Positions 9,597-18,994 are shown, counted from the stretch's first letter. The stretch is 64,000 nt of DNA from Terriglobia bacterium (GCA_965198225.1 CBDAOY010000006.1:416001-480000), one strand, 5' to 3'. Notes: generated by a model from the sequence alone, not told the origin. Numbers and translations are program-made.

Positions 9597-10772
9597 CTAT
9601 CCAACAACCCAGGGCTTGTATTTCGGTACGTCTCCGACGTGCGAGGCGAAGAGATGGTCCCTCATCTGGCCGATCGCATACGGCGCTTTCACGCCGAACA
9701 TCCCGGTCAGGGTCGGAACCATGTCCTTCCGGTCGACCAGCAGGTCCGTACTTCCCTTCTTGAAGTCCGGTCCCCAGAAGATAGATGCCGAGCGATGGCA
9801 CTGGTAGTACCCCGTGCTGTGGTTCACCGCACCGTACATGTTCACCTCATCGTCCCGTCCGAACTCCGGCCGTATCACGATCGCGGTGTTCTGGGAGAAG
9901 TACGGATCGTTCTCGACGAAGTCGATGAGCTTGCCTAACTGCTCGTCGGTCGTCTTGTGGACCTTCTCGTACTCGAAGTAGCCCGTCTGCTGACGCAGGT
10001 ATCCACCATTGCCGTGGCCCGTGTCATGCCCGACCTGCTGATACAGGATCATCTTCGGTTTGAATGTCTGCAGCACATCCGGTAGCACCGCCAACCCCAG
10101 CGCATCCCCGATGAACGGATCGCGCGGTATGGGCTGGAACTTCAGGTCGAACTCCCAGTACCGCTTCGCATAGGTCGCTTCGATGAACTCTTCAAGCTGT
10201 TTCTTCTCTGCCGCCGTCACGCCCATGTCCGGGAACTCATCCGCGACCACCTGGGCCGGCGTCCGTTTCATGTCCGGCCAATACACGTGTGTGGCCGTCA
10301 GCGATACCGGACGCGCATCTTCGCGAAAGTCCGGATGCGCCGTCCAGTACTTCTGGTTGTAACGCCACTGCCGGTAGTAGCTGACGCCGTTGACGTACCA
10401 GTAGTTGGTCGCCGCGTCGCCATGCGCTTTCCGGACGTAGTGCGGTGGTGTCGGATGCAACGGAATACCGTTCTGTATCCGGTTCCCCGTCAGCAGCTCC
10501 GTCCATGAATGCCCGTGGTCCGAGACCGTCTCGTTGTGGTCTTCCTCGTAGACGAACCCCGCGTTGACCAGCCGCTGGTAGTTCGGCGACAGGTCTTTCT
10601 TCTCATACCACTCCGACTTCCGGGATCCGTTCCCGTTGATGATCCAGATGATGTGCTTGGTCTTGAGGTTCAGACTCGATTCCTGGGCCAACGCCTCGGG
10701 CGTCATCCGGCCACCGACTGCCATCGCGCCGCCGGCCATTCCCAGGGACTTTGCAAAATCACGTCTATTCAT
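9597..10772 (-). CDS. TAT-exported divergent alkaline phosphatase/sulfatase-superfamily (DUF1501-like) protein
   Basis: MNRRDFAKSLG TAT motif; KHIIWII first strand, ELLTG, HDTGH, IVIRPEFGRD and DMVPTL segments follow the AP-fold order with non-canonical catalytic residues. Confidence 0.6.
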   Translation of the reverse strand: MNRRDFAKSLGMAGGAMAVGGRMTPEALAQESSLNLKTKHIIWIINGNGSRKSEWYEKKDLSPNYQRLVNAGFVYEEDHNETVSDHGHSWTELLTGNRIQNGIPLHPTPPHYVRKAHGDAATNYWYVNGVSYYRQWRYNQKYWTAHPDFREDARPVSLTATHVYWPDMKRTPAQVVADEFPDMGVTAAEKKQLEEFIEATYAKRYWEFDLKFQPIPRDPFIGDALGLAVLPDVLQTFKPKMILYQQVGHDTGHGNGGYLRQQTGYFEYEKVHKTTDEQLGKLIDFVENDPYFSQNTAIVIRPEFGRDDEVNMYGAVNHSTGYYQCHRSASIFWGPDFKKGSTDLLVDRKDMVPTLTGMFGVKAPYAIGQMRDHLFASHVGDVPKYKPWVVG

Positions 10773-10805
10773 GAATCTCTCCCTTTAAAAAGAATGTTTT
10801 ACTTC

Positions 10806-12512
10806 CTACGGTTCATGGCAATTCAGGCATGCGCCACGCGGGGGGTGCGGTGGAATCATATCCACTCTGCGGATCTTTCCCGCCCGGGCCGGCTGAGCGG
10901 TCGGAGCTGCCATTGCACCCGACCCGGCAGTCGCCTGCCCTTCACGGTTCTTTTTCATCGCGTCACGCAGCTGATGACCACCGGTGTAGGTGATGCGCAC
11001 CGTGTCGATCTCGGGGATGTACTCCGGCAACAGGTCCAGATAGTTGTCGGCGTTGTCCCGAGCCATGATGCGGTCGATCTTCCACTCACCGGGCTCCATC
11101 CATTCGTCGGTTTCAACCTGTCCCCTCCAGAGATTCTGGGAGACATCGAGACCCGCTTTCTGGATGACGTCCGGCCGTGCGACCGGTTTCAGGTGGACGC
11201 GCGAGCGGTTGATGTAGCTGGGCACCGGCGTGAAGTTCACCGCCAGCGTGCCCACACCCGACATGTCGTCGGTGATGATCGCGTTCACCGTGACCGGCTC
11301 TCCCAGCCGCGCTTCGGTTTGATCGACCCACACCGAAAACAGGGTCGGTGGCTGCGTGTCGTGGTTGGCATCATCCTGGGTCATGTTGATGACGGCGTCC
11401 TCGAGCAGCGGATGGGTCGTGCGGAACATGTGCACGGTCTTGCCCGCCTTGTCGGACGCCCACATCGACAGGAGTTCATACTCGCCGGCCCCCCACCATT
11501 CCGGAATCGACAGCATCGCGCCATAGACGTCCTGCTGGCCGACGACCTTGTTCAGCTTGGCTTCGATGAATTTGCCTTCCGGTGTGTTGAAGCGCACCGT
11601 TACCGTGTCCACACCCGACTTGTTGTCGGTCACCTTCGCAAACACCGGAAGCGGCTGACTCACGGCCTGGGTCCGAGTTTCGCCATCCTCGGCGTTCAGC
11701 GTATTCACCTTCACCCAGTGCACGGTCGGCGCAATCACGTCGGCGTTGGGATTAGGCAGAACCTCGATCTCCATACCGCGGAGTCCGGGATGGTGGTCCG
11801 AGTGGTAGATCTTCGAACTGCGGGACGAATTTCCCGGCGACGCATAAGTCAGGTAATAGACGCCCGGTTCCGTCCACTCGTTGGTCTTGAGCGCGCCGCG
11901 CATGATCGGCGAACCCGGCGAAACCGGCGTCAGGCTGGCGCCCATCACGGTCCGGCGACCATGGGGACCGAAATATCGCATGCTCAGGCGGCCCTGGGTA
12001 CCTGTCAAATCCTCGACGACCGCTTCGAAAGCGACCGACTCTCCAGCCTGGATTCGGCGTTTGCCCAGGATCTTGGCGCTCTTGACGACCGGCACGTAGT
12101 GCCAGCTTTTCAAGTCGCGCCAGTCGAACTCGCGGTCCGGGTTCGAGATGAACTCGTCGACCGGCCAATCCATCGGATCCATGATCGGATCGACAGCGTC
12201 AGTCGAATAATACGTGTCCGTACCTGGCGCCATCGGGAAGCCGGGGCCACGCACGTCACGCACTTCGTCGGTCGGCCCCATGATCATACCAAGCGGGCCG
12301 GCCACCTTGGGCAGTCCCGCTGTATTGACCCCGGACGGGTTGTTGCCAGACGCATAACGATTCGCGATCCGCTGCGGCGTGTTCTGCTGCTGAGCGGCCG
12401 CTTGCTGTTGTTGTCCGCCTCGACGCTGTTGCGCGCTGATATCCGACGTGGTGGATACCACAAGTAGAGCGATCACAAAGACGGCGAGGAAGACTAAGGA
12501 AAGTCTCTTCAT
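10806..12512 (-). CDS. Secreted protein with three beta-rich repeats and a C-terminal magnetochrome-like haem c motif
   Basis: Signal peptide; repeats FEAVVEDLTGT / VFAKVTDNKSGVDTV / VNAIITDDMSGVGTL, each followed by EWxEPG-like or EWWGAG motifs; ends IRRVDMIPPHPPRGACLNCHEP. Confidence 0.7.
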   Translation of the reverse strand: MKRLSLVFLAVFVIALLVVSTTSDISAQQRRGGQQQQAAAQQQNTPQRIANRYASGNNPSGVNTAGLPKVAGPLGMIMGPTDEVRDVRGPGFPMAPGTDTYYSTDAVDPIMDPMDWPVDEFISNPDREFDWRDLKSWHYVPVVKSAKILGKRRIQAGESVAFEAVVEDLTGTQGRLSMRYFGPHGRRTVMGASLTPVSPGSPIMRGALKTNEWTEPGVYYLTYASPGNSSRSSKIYHSDHHPGLRGMEIEVLPNPNADVIAPTVHWVKVNTLNAEDGETRTQAVSQPLPVFAKVTDNKSGVDTVTVRFNTPEGKFIEAKLNKVVGQQDVYGAMLSIPEWWGAGEYELLSMWASDKAGKTVHMFRTTHPLLEDAVINMTQDDANHDTQPPTLFSVWVDQTEARLGEPVTVNAIITDDMSGVGTLAVNFTPVPSYINRSRVHLKPVARPDVIQKAGLDVSQNLWRGQVETDEWMEPGEWKIDRIMARDNADNYLDLLPEYIPEIDTVRITYTGGHQLRDAMKKNREGQATAGSGAMAAPTAQPARAGKIRRVDMIPPHPPRGACLNCHEP

Positions 12513-12693
12513 AGCACTTGGTTTCCTCCGTCGCTGATCTATGTATACAGATGCAGGAAAATGTTGGCTTGACTCAAGAGCAATATACTCCCATAGTCCT
12601 GCAACCTCAATGTTTTAATAACAGCTTATCGACGGGACGAGGTGGGGGAAATCGTTCCGGAAAGCGTCCCTGAAATTACATTGGAACGAGGCC

Positions 12694-13791
12694 CTAGCGG
12701 AGCGATTCCATGACGAACAGGCCGACCGGCCCGGGGCGAGCCGTCGTGACGATCAGGAAGTAAGAACCAGCGTCCTCGAAGGTGTGGTTTATCTCCGAAA
12801 AGTACGAGCTGCGGATGTCGGGCACATTCACCAATTCACCGGCGGACGAGACCAGGAAGGCGAGGGGCGTAAACTCGGATGAATCGATCCGGACATGCAG
12901 CCTCTCGCCGCTCTCGCCAGACAGTTCATAGGCCCTGAAGCGGGTCCCCCCGACGAGTAAGCCATCGGTGATCCGGAGCGACGACTCACCCGGAGCAAAC
13001 GGGACGCTGCCCGACATGCGCAGGCCCTGTTCCGCGATGGCAACATTCCTGCGGATCGGGCCGTAGGACGGCTCGAGGGCCAGCGCTTCCCGCCATGTCT
13101 CCATCGCCGCATCCCTCCTACCCTGCTGGAAAAGGAAAAGGCCGAGATAGTCGTAGAGCATCAGATCGGCATGCGTAGCACTGACCCCGAGCCTGAGCGA
13201 CTCCTCCACCCCCTCTTGCTTATTCTGCGATTTCAGAATCTGGGCCAGGAGAAGGTATTGCCGCCCCTTGGCAGTTTCAGCAGCGGTTCGTTCCAGGCTC
13301 TGGCGGACAGCGGTTTCCGCTTCCGTCAGGCGCTCCGCGTCCAGGTAGAGGGCCCCCAGCGCGGCATAAGGCCGAGCCCAGTGCGGCCACAATTCCAACG
13401 CCTCGAGAAATTCGTCTTCGGCCTTGTCGAGCTCGCGGTTGAACGAGTGCGCCAGCGCTATTCCGTATCGCGCCAGGGCCGCTTCGTTCGGGTCGATTTG
13501 GGCGGAGCGAGTGAAGTCCGATATCGCCGTTTCGAGGTCACCTTCATGGAGCAGATTCATGCCCGAGAAGAACAGGTATCGGCCTTCGATAAGGCGGGAG
13601 GGCTCGAAATCCAGAACCATGTCGCCGGCCAGCATGGCAGCCTCCCAGTGAGACTTCGGTGGCATGGCGATGGAGGAATCCGGGTCCACAAATGCCCGGA
13701 CGGCGAGCTCGACCTCTTCCTTGGCGATCTCATAAGCTCGTTCGTCGTCCTGGAAGAAGAAAAATGCGAAGAAGAGGAGCAGGTACGTCAT
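12694..13791 (-). CDS. Tetratricopeptide repeat protein with C-terminal PPC-like beta domain
   Basis: TPR-like helices (AISDFTRSAQIDPN, AEDEFLEALELWP, AMETWREALALEP); C-terminal GESGERLHVRIDSSEFTP...AGSYFLIVT. Confidence 0.75.
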   Translation of the reverse strand: MTYLLLFFAFFFFQDDERAYEIAKEEVELAVRAFVDPDSSIAMPPKSHWEAAMLAGDMVLDFEPSRLIEGRYLFFSGMNLLHEGDLETAISDFTRSAQIDPNEAALARYGIALAHSFNRELDKAEDEFLEALELWPHWARPYAALGALYLDAERLTEAETAVRQSLERTAAETAKGRQYLLLAQILKSQNKQEGVEESLRLGVSATHADLMLYDYLGLFLFQQGRRDAAMETWREALALEPSYGPIRRNVAIAEQGLRMSGSVPFAPGESSLRITDGLLVGGTRFRAYELSGESGERLHVRIDSSEFTPLAFLVSSAGELVNVPDIRSSYFSEINHTFEDAGSYFLIVTTARPGPVGLFVMESLR

Positions 13792-13884
13792 CTGTGTTCA
13801 GGCCCCGTGGAAGCTCAGTTTACGGGCTGGCTCACACCCAACGCTTCTTGTTCTCAATATACCAGAGGGGGACGAGCGCGAGGG

Positions 13885-14055
13885 AGTTCGGGGACGGAGA
13901 CCGAATTGGACGTCGACGGCAGTTCGGGGACGGAGACCGAATTCCACTGGACGCTAAGTCCAAGATTCCTGGTCCTCAGAAATCGGTCTCCGTCCCCGAA
14001 CTGACACATTTCCGGAATTCGGTCTCCGTCCCCGAATTAACAGTCCCCGAATTAA
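13885..14055. repeat. Second REP-like family: cluster of about 23-bp palindromic units, two direct, two inverted and one partial
   Basis: AGTTCGGGGACGGAGACCGAATT at 13885 and 13921; inverted AATCGGTCTCCGTCCCCGAACT at 13981 and AATTCGGTCTCCGTCCCCGAATT at about 14016; partial GTCCCCGAATT overlaps the murB stop. Confidence 0.8.
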
Positions 14056-15167
14056 CATGCGTCGGAGCCGCACGCCTGGAATCGCTCTCGGATATCTGCG
14101 GGAAGGCCGACGAACGCCGGTTCTGCACGTAAACGGACGCCGAAAGCCTCCTCGACCCCTTCCTGTATTTCGCCTGCAAAAGCCAAAACCTCGTCGGCGG
14201 TGGCGCCGCCGAGGTTTACGAGGGCGAGGGTGTGTTTCGTCGACAGCCCGACTCGCCCTCGGTCGCAGCCCTTCGTGAAGCCCGCGCGTTCGATCAACCA
14301 GGCTGCGGGCACCTTGACCCCCTGTCCCGGAGCCGGAAAACGAGGAAGCGATTCCCCGGCCCCGAGCACGTCGCGGCGTCTGGCGGCATTGTCGATTTCG
14401 ATGTACTGCTCTTCGGAGACGATCGGGTTCTTGAAGAACGATCCGGCGCTGCGACAGTCCGGATCGCCTTCGACGAGGAGCATGGCCTTGCTCGCCCGAA
14501 TTTCGCGGACGGCCTCCCGAACCTCTCGCAGGCTCGGTCTGTCCCTCGTGCTCGCGAAGAACCGGTCCAGATCGGGGTAATCCACCGTCGGAGCGCCGCC
14601 ACGCTCGAGTTCGTACTCGACCCCCAGCACGATGTAGCGGTCACGCGCGATGGTGTTGAAAACACTGGTACGGTACGTGAAACCACACTCCGGACGCGAA
14701 AGTTCAACGACCGAAGCGCTGTGACGGTCGTAGGCTCGAACGCTGGAAATCACCCGGCCCACTTCCTGACCGTACGCACCGACGTTCTGGATTGGCGTGC
14801 CTCCGACCCAGCCCGGAATTCCGCTCAAGCATTCGATACCGGCCAGGTTCTTCTCCACGCATGCTGCGACGAGTGGATCCCAATCCACACCGGCGCCCGC
14901 ACGAACGGACACACTACCGCCGGATTCCGTGAAGGACGAGTGCCGGATCGCGATCTGAAGGACCAATCCGGGGAAACCGGCATCGGATACCAGGAGGTTA
15001 CTGCCACCTCCAAGGATGAAGAGAGGCAACTCTTTCCGCCGCGCAAAATCGATAGCATCGAAAACTGTATTTTCCGAGAGAGCCTGAGTAAAATAACGTG
15101 CCGGCCCGCCTATTGCCAGGGTCGTAAACGAAGAGAGATCTACGTTTTCCTGAAGGGAAGGTATCAC
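14052..15167 (-). CDS. murB: UDP-N-acetylenolpyruvoylglucosamine reductase
   Basis: FTTLAIGGPA, LGGGSNLL, LSGIPGWVGGTPIQNVGAYG, SAGSFFKNP, KHTLALVN, EP motifs. Confidence 0.97.
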   Translation of the reverse strand: MIPSLQENVDLSSFTTLAIGGPARYFTQALSENTVFDAIDFARRKELPLFILGGGSNLLVSDAGFPGLVLQIAIRHSSFTESGGSVSVRAGAGVDWDPLVAACVEKNLAGIECLSGIPGWVGGTPIQNVGAYGQEVGRVISSVRAYDRHSASVVELSRPECGFTYRTSVFNTIARDRYIVLGVEYELERGGAPTVDYPDLDRFFASTRDRPSLREVREAVREIRASKAMLLVEGDPDCRSAGSFFKNPIVSEEQYIEIDNAARRRDVLGAGESLPRFPAPGQGVKVPAAWLIERAGFTKGCDRGRVGLSTKHTLALVNLGGATADEVLAFAGEIQEGVEEAFGVRLRAEPAFVGLPADIRERFQACGSDAC

Positions 15168-15226
15168 TGCGGGTTCAGTCTAACATTCAAGCTCATAAGC
15201 TGATTCAGCGGTCAAGGAGTTCTAAT

Positions 15227-15619
15227 ATGAAACGGACAATGCTGGTACTGATCGCCATGATTCTGGCGGTGGGTATCGTTTACGCGCAAAAAGAGCCACA
15301 GGGTGACGACTACAAGCAATGGATGCAGGATGTCCGCCAGAGCATCCGTGGCTTCACCAACGCTTACAACGACATGAACATGGCCAACGCGACCGAAGCC
15401 GTGGACGTCCTGGTCGACAGGTTCGGCAAGATGGAGACGCACTGGGAAGCCAAAGGTATCGAGGATGCGGCGGCAATGTCTAAAGAGTCCAAAGAATTCA
15501 TGGTCGATGCGCAGGGCAAGATGAAACTCAACGATGTCGCCTACGCGCTGAACCTGCTGGAACTGGCACGTAAGAATTGCAGCAGCTGCCACCAGAAGTA
15601 TCGTCCGCCGTCACCTTAG
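15227..15619 (+). CDS. Cytochrome c'-like periplasmic four-helix cytochrome
   Basis: AAGGAG RBS; signal peptide; helical body; C-terminal CSSCHQKYR. Confidence 0.8.
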   Translation: MKRTMLVLIAMILAVGIVYAQKEPQGDDYKQWMQDVRQSIRGFTNAYNDMNMANATEAVDVLVDRFGKMETHWEAKGIEDAAAMSKESKEFMVDAQGKMKLNDVAYALNLLELARKNCSSCHQKYRPPSP

Positions 15620-15642
15620 GTCTGACGTCGAGGCAAGCACAT

Positions 15643-15669
15643 TGGGGCGGCGCTTCGCCGCCCCATTTT
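15643..15669 (+). terminator. Intrinsic terminator
   Basis: TGGGGCGGCG-CTT-CGCCGCCCCATTTT after the cytochrome gene. Confidence 0.8.
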
Positions 15670-15705
15670 CATTACGGGGGGAAATTTGAAAAACACGAGG
15701 ACCGG

Positions 15706-15775
15706 GTGTAGGTGCGCTCTATGAGCGCACGTTGTCGTGGGACCGAGGGATGTGCGGTCATAGACCGCACCTACA
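15706..15775. repeat. REPIN-like doublet (copy 3), overlapping the 5' end of the methyltransferase gene
   Basis: GTGTAGGTGCGCTCTATGAGCGCAC ... GTGCGGTCATAGACCGCACCTACA. Confidence 0.9.
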
Positions 15776-16458
15776 ATTGGTTTCGACGATTTCGCATCAC
15801 ACTGATACTGCTCGCCTGCCTCGCGACGCTGGCCTGCGCGGCCGCGCCCCAGGCTTCATCCGAAAACCAGGAACGGACGCCAGCCGGGGTGATGAGCGTC
15901 CGGGGTGCCGACTGGCTGGTGCGCCCGGAACGAATCGTCGAAGAACGGCCCGACGAAATGTTGGCCGCGCTGGAGATCGAGCCCGGTTCCGTCGTAGCCG
16001 ATGTCGGAGCCGGTGTGGGCTATCACACGTGGCGCCTGTCAGAAATCGTCGGTCCGGGCGGACGGGTCATCGCTGAAGACATCCAGCCGGGAATGCTGGA
16101 GCTCCTGCGCGGAAACATCGAGGACCGCAATCTCTCCAACGTCGACATCGTTCTGGGGACACCGACCGATCCACGCTTGCCGGAAGGCTCGATCGACCTG
16201 GTCCTCATGGTCGACGTCTACCATGAGTTCTCCGACTACCGGGCGGTGATGGGCGCTGTCCGGACGGCGCTCAAACCGGAAGGCCGCATAGTTCTTGTGG
16301 AGTTCCGCAAAGAGGATCCGGAGGTGCCGATCCTGCCACTCCACAAGATGAGCGAAGCGGAGGTCCGGGCGGAACTGGAGCCGCTGGGGTTCCGTTTCGT
16401 TGAAAACATTGATTTCCTGCCGTGGCAGCACATCCTGGTCTTCGGTCTCGATAACTGA
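15721..16458 (+). CDS. Class I SAM-dependent methyltransferase, probably exported; start uncertain
   Basis: VVADVGAGVGY motif I, EDIQ, DLVLMVDVYHEF, LKPEGRIVLVEF, HKM, LPWQH; hydrophobic ITLILLACLATLACA segment. Confidence 0.88.
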   Translation: MSARCRGTEGCAVIDRTYNWFRRFRITLILLACLATLACAAAPQASSENQERTPAGVMSVRGADWLVRPERIVEERPDEMLAALEIEPGSVVADVGAGVGYHTWRLSEIVGPGGRVIAEDIQPGMLELLRGNIEDRNLSNVDIVLGTPTDPRLPEGSIDLVLMVDVYHEFSDYRAVMGAVRTALKPEGRIVLVEFRKEDPEVPILPLHKMSEAEVRAELEPLGFRFVENIDFLPWQHILVFGLDN

Positions 16459-16470
16459 GACCTTCCTTCG

Positions 16471-17871
16471 ATGAACCTTCAGCTGTGGCTTCTCGCCCTC
16501 TATTCCGTCGGGATCATTGCGCTTGGATTGTTCGTCTCACGGAGGGTCCGGAGCGCTTCCGACTTCCTGGTTGCGGGACGCAACCTGGGGCCCGGCTTGA
16601 TGTTCACGACGTTTCTGGCCGCAAACCTCGGGGCCGGCACGACGGTCGGGGCTGCCAGCATCGGGTTCGAACTGGGTCTGTCAGCCTGGTGGTGGGTGGG
16701 CTCGGCGGGCCTCGGATCTTTGATCCTGGCGAACCTGGTAGGGCCCAGGATATGGAGGCTGGCGAAACTGCACGACCTCCAGACGATGGGCGACTATCTC
16801 GACCTCCGCTACAGTCGTGCGGTCCGGGGTACCGTCGCGGCGCTGTTGTGGGTGGGCACCCTGGCGATTCTGGCCGGGCAGTTGATTGCCATCGCAACCA
16901 TCCTGGAGATCGTCGCAGGGCTTCCGCGCTGGCAGAGCTGCTTCGCCGGAGGCGCGGTCGTGATGGCGTACTTCTCCGCGGGCGGTCTCCTGGGCGCAGC
17001 CCGCGTAAACGCGGTTCAACTCGTCATAATGCTGGCCGGTTTCCTGCTGGCGATACCGTTCGCTCTCGGTGCAAGCGGGGGATGGGGAGCGGTTCAGGAT
17101 GCGGTCGTAACATCGCGCGAACCGGGCTATGGGAGCATCACGGGTGTGGGAGTTTCAGGCATACTCCGGTACCTGGTGATTCTCGTGCCGTCGTTCATCG
17201 TCTCGCCCGGCTTGATACAAAAGCTCTACGGCGGGCGGGACGAACGTGCCGTCCGTCTGGGGATCAATCTGAACGCGGTATGCCTGCTGGGGTTCGCGTT
17301 CGTCCCGGCCGTGTTCGGGATGATTGCCGCGGCCAACTTCCCCGACCTCGCCAACCCGGACCACGCGATGGGCACCGTCCTGGTCGAACTCCTGCCCACG
17401 GGGGTCGGGCTGCTCGCGCTGGCGGCGATTCTTTCGGCGGAGATCAGTACCTGCGACGCGATTCTGCTGATGCTCTCCAGCTCCCTGAGCATCGATCTCT
17501 ACAAGAGCTTCCTGCGCCCGGAAGCGAGTCCGAAACGCCTGCTGAGGGTGAGCCGCCTCGCGGCAATTGCGGGCGCGGCGTTCGCAATCCTGCTCGCGAT
17601 CGTGCTGCCTTCGATCATTTCGGCCCTGGAGATTTTCTACGGCCTCATGGCGGTCGCCCTGTTCGTCCCCACGATCGCGGGCCTCTACTCGACCAGGCCC
17701 GGCGCCAGGACGGCGATGTGGAGTGTCGTCGGTTCGGTCCTAGCGACCGTCGCGGTCTACGCCGGCACAGGCGGTGCGGGAATCGGCATCCTGACTCCTT
17801 ATGCGATCGGGATCATTTGTGCGTTAGCATTGACGTTGGGCATGATGTGGATCGCCGACACCGGGTCGTGA
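16471..17871 (+). CDS. Sodium:solute symporter family protein
   Basis: DFLVAGRNLG, TMGDYLDLRY, ILSAEISTCDA motifs; about 13 hydrophobic segments. Confidence 0.92.
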   Translation: MNLQLWLLALYSVGIIALGLFVSRRVRSASDFLVAGRNLGPGLMFTTFLAANLGAGTTVGAASIGFELGLSAWWWVGSAGLGSLILANLVGPRIWRLAKLHDLQTMGDYLDLRYSRAVRGTVAALLWVGTLAILAGQLIAIATILEIVAGLPRWQSCFAGGAVVMAYFSAGGLLGAARVNAVQLVIMLAGFLLAIPFALGASGGWGAVQDAVVTSREPGYGSITGVGVSGILRYLVILVPSFIVSPGLIQKLYGGRDERAVRLGINLNAVCLLGFAFVPAVFGMIAAANFPDLANPDHAMGTVLVELLPTGVGLLALAAILSAEISTCDAILLMLSSSLSIDLYKSFLRPEASPKRLLRVSRLAAIAGAAFAILLAIVLPSIISALEIFYGLMAVALFVPTIAGLYSTRPGARTAMWSVVGSVLATVAVYAGTGGAGIGILTPYAIGIICALALTLGMMWIADTGS

Positions 17872-17878
17872 ACATCGC

Positions 17879-18925
17879 ATGATGGATCGCAGAGTATTCG
17901 GAAATACATTACTGGGAGGAGCGGCATACCTGATGGTTCCCAAATCCCCGAAACAAGCCGCCGAAGGCGGTATCACCGATGTCGCGGGCATCAAGGTCGG
18001 GCATTTCACGCTTTCTGAACGTCCGACCGGTTGCACGGTCGTGATCACCGAGGGCGGCGCCGTGGCCGGCGTCGACGTACGGGGATCCGCACCGGGCACC
18101 CGGGAGACCGATCTACTGGATCCGGTAAAGACCGTTCAGGAAGTCCACGCCGTGATGCTGTCGGGAGGGAGCGCGTTCGGGCTGGACGCGGCGAGCGGCG
18201 CCGTCCGCTACCTGAGCGAACGCAGCATCGGCTTCCCGATGGGCGCGTCGCACGTTCCGATCGTGCCCGCAGCCGTGATCTTCGATCTCGGCGTCGGCGA
18301 CGGGACCATCCGTCCGGATGCCGAAGCGGGATACGCGGCTTGCGAAGCCGCCGGCACAGGAAGCGTCGCGGAGGGAAACGTCGGAGCCGGAACAGGCGCG
18401 ACAGTTGGGAAAATGCTGGGCTCTTCACGGGCCATGAAGGGTGGACTGGGCACGGCCGGTATCCGGATCGATCCCGATCTGGTAGTTGGGGCGATCGTCG
18501 CGGTCAACTGTGTCGGCGACGTTGTTGATCCGTCTACCGGCAAGATCGTCGCCGGCGCTCGCAGCGCAGACGGCAAGGGCTTCGAGGACATGAGAGCGGT
18601 GATCCGGGCGGGAGGCCGGACTCGAGGAGGGGAAGGAAACACAACCATCGGAATCGTCGCGACGAACGCCCGCTTCAACCAGGCCCAGATGACCAAAGTC
18701 GCACAGATGGCGCAGGACGCCCTGGCGCGAACAATCTATCCCGCCCACACCCCGTTCGACGGCGACACCGTTTTCGCACTATCGACGGGAACGACGGAAA
18801 CAGAAGCCAATCTTGGCACGATCGGTGCTCTGGCCGCCGACGCCCTCGCCGGGGCGATCCTCCGTGGCGTTAAACGCGCAACCTCAATCCCCGGCTACCC
18901 CGCCTACAGGGACATTGTTGAGTAG
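17879..18925 (+). CDS. P1/S58 family peptidase (DmpA/NylC-like Ntn-type hydrolase) with TAT-like N-terminus
   Basis: ITDVAGIKVGH, DVRGSAPGTRETDLL, LSGGSAFGL, EGNVGAGTGA, GNTTIG autoprocessing site, HTPFDGDTVFALSTG; N-terminal DRRVF. Confidence 0.92.
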   Translation: MMDRRVFGNTLLGGAAYLMVPKSPKQAAEGGITDVAGIKVGHFTLSERPTGCTVVITEGGAVAGVDVRGSAPGTRETDLLDPVKTVQEVHAVMLSGGSAFGLDAASGAVRYLSERSIGFPMGASHVPIVPAAVIFDLGVGDGTIRPDAEAGYAACEAAGTGSVAEGNVGAGTGATVGKMLGSSRAMKGGLGTAGIRIDPDLVVGAIVAVNCVGDVVDPSTGKIVAGARSADGKGFEDMRAVIRAGGRTRGGEGNTTIGIVATNARFNQAQMTKVAQMAQDALARTIYPAHTPFDGDTVFALSTGTTETEANLGTIGALAADALAGAILRGVKRATSIPGYPAYRDIVE

Positions 18926-18994
18926 GTGTAGGTGCGGTCTATGACCGCACATTGTTGCTGTCTGAGGGATGTGCGGTCATAGACCGCACCTACA
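18926..18994. repeat. REPIN-like doublet (copy 4) directly after the peptidase stop codon
   Basis: GTGTAGGTGCGGTCTATGACCGCAC ... GTGCGGTCATAGACCGCACCTACA. Confidence 0.9.

Noticed and set aside
10806-12512. Magnetosome island
   Set aside because: Only one magnetochrome-like motif is present; no MamA/B/E/K/M/Q-like genes are recognisable in the window.
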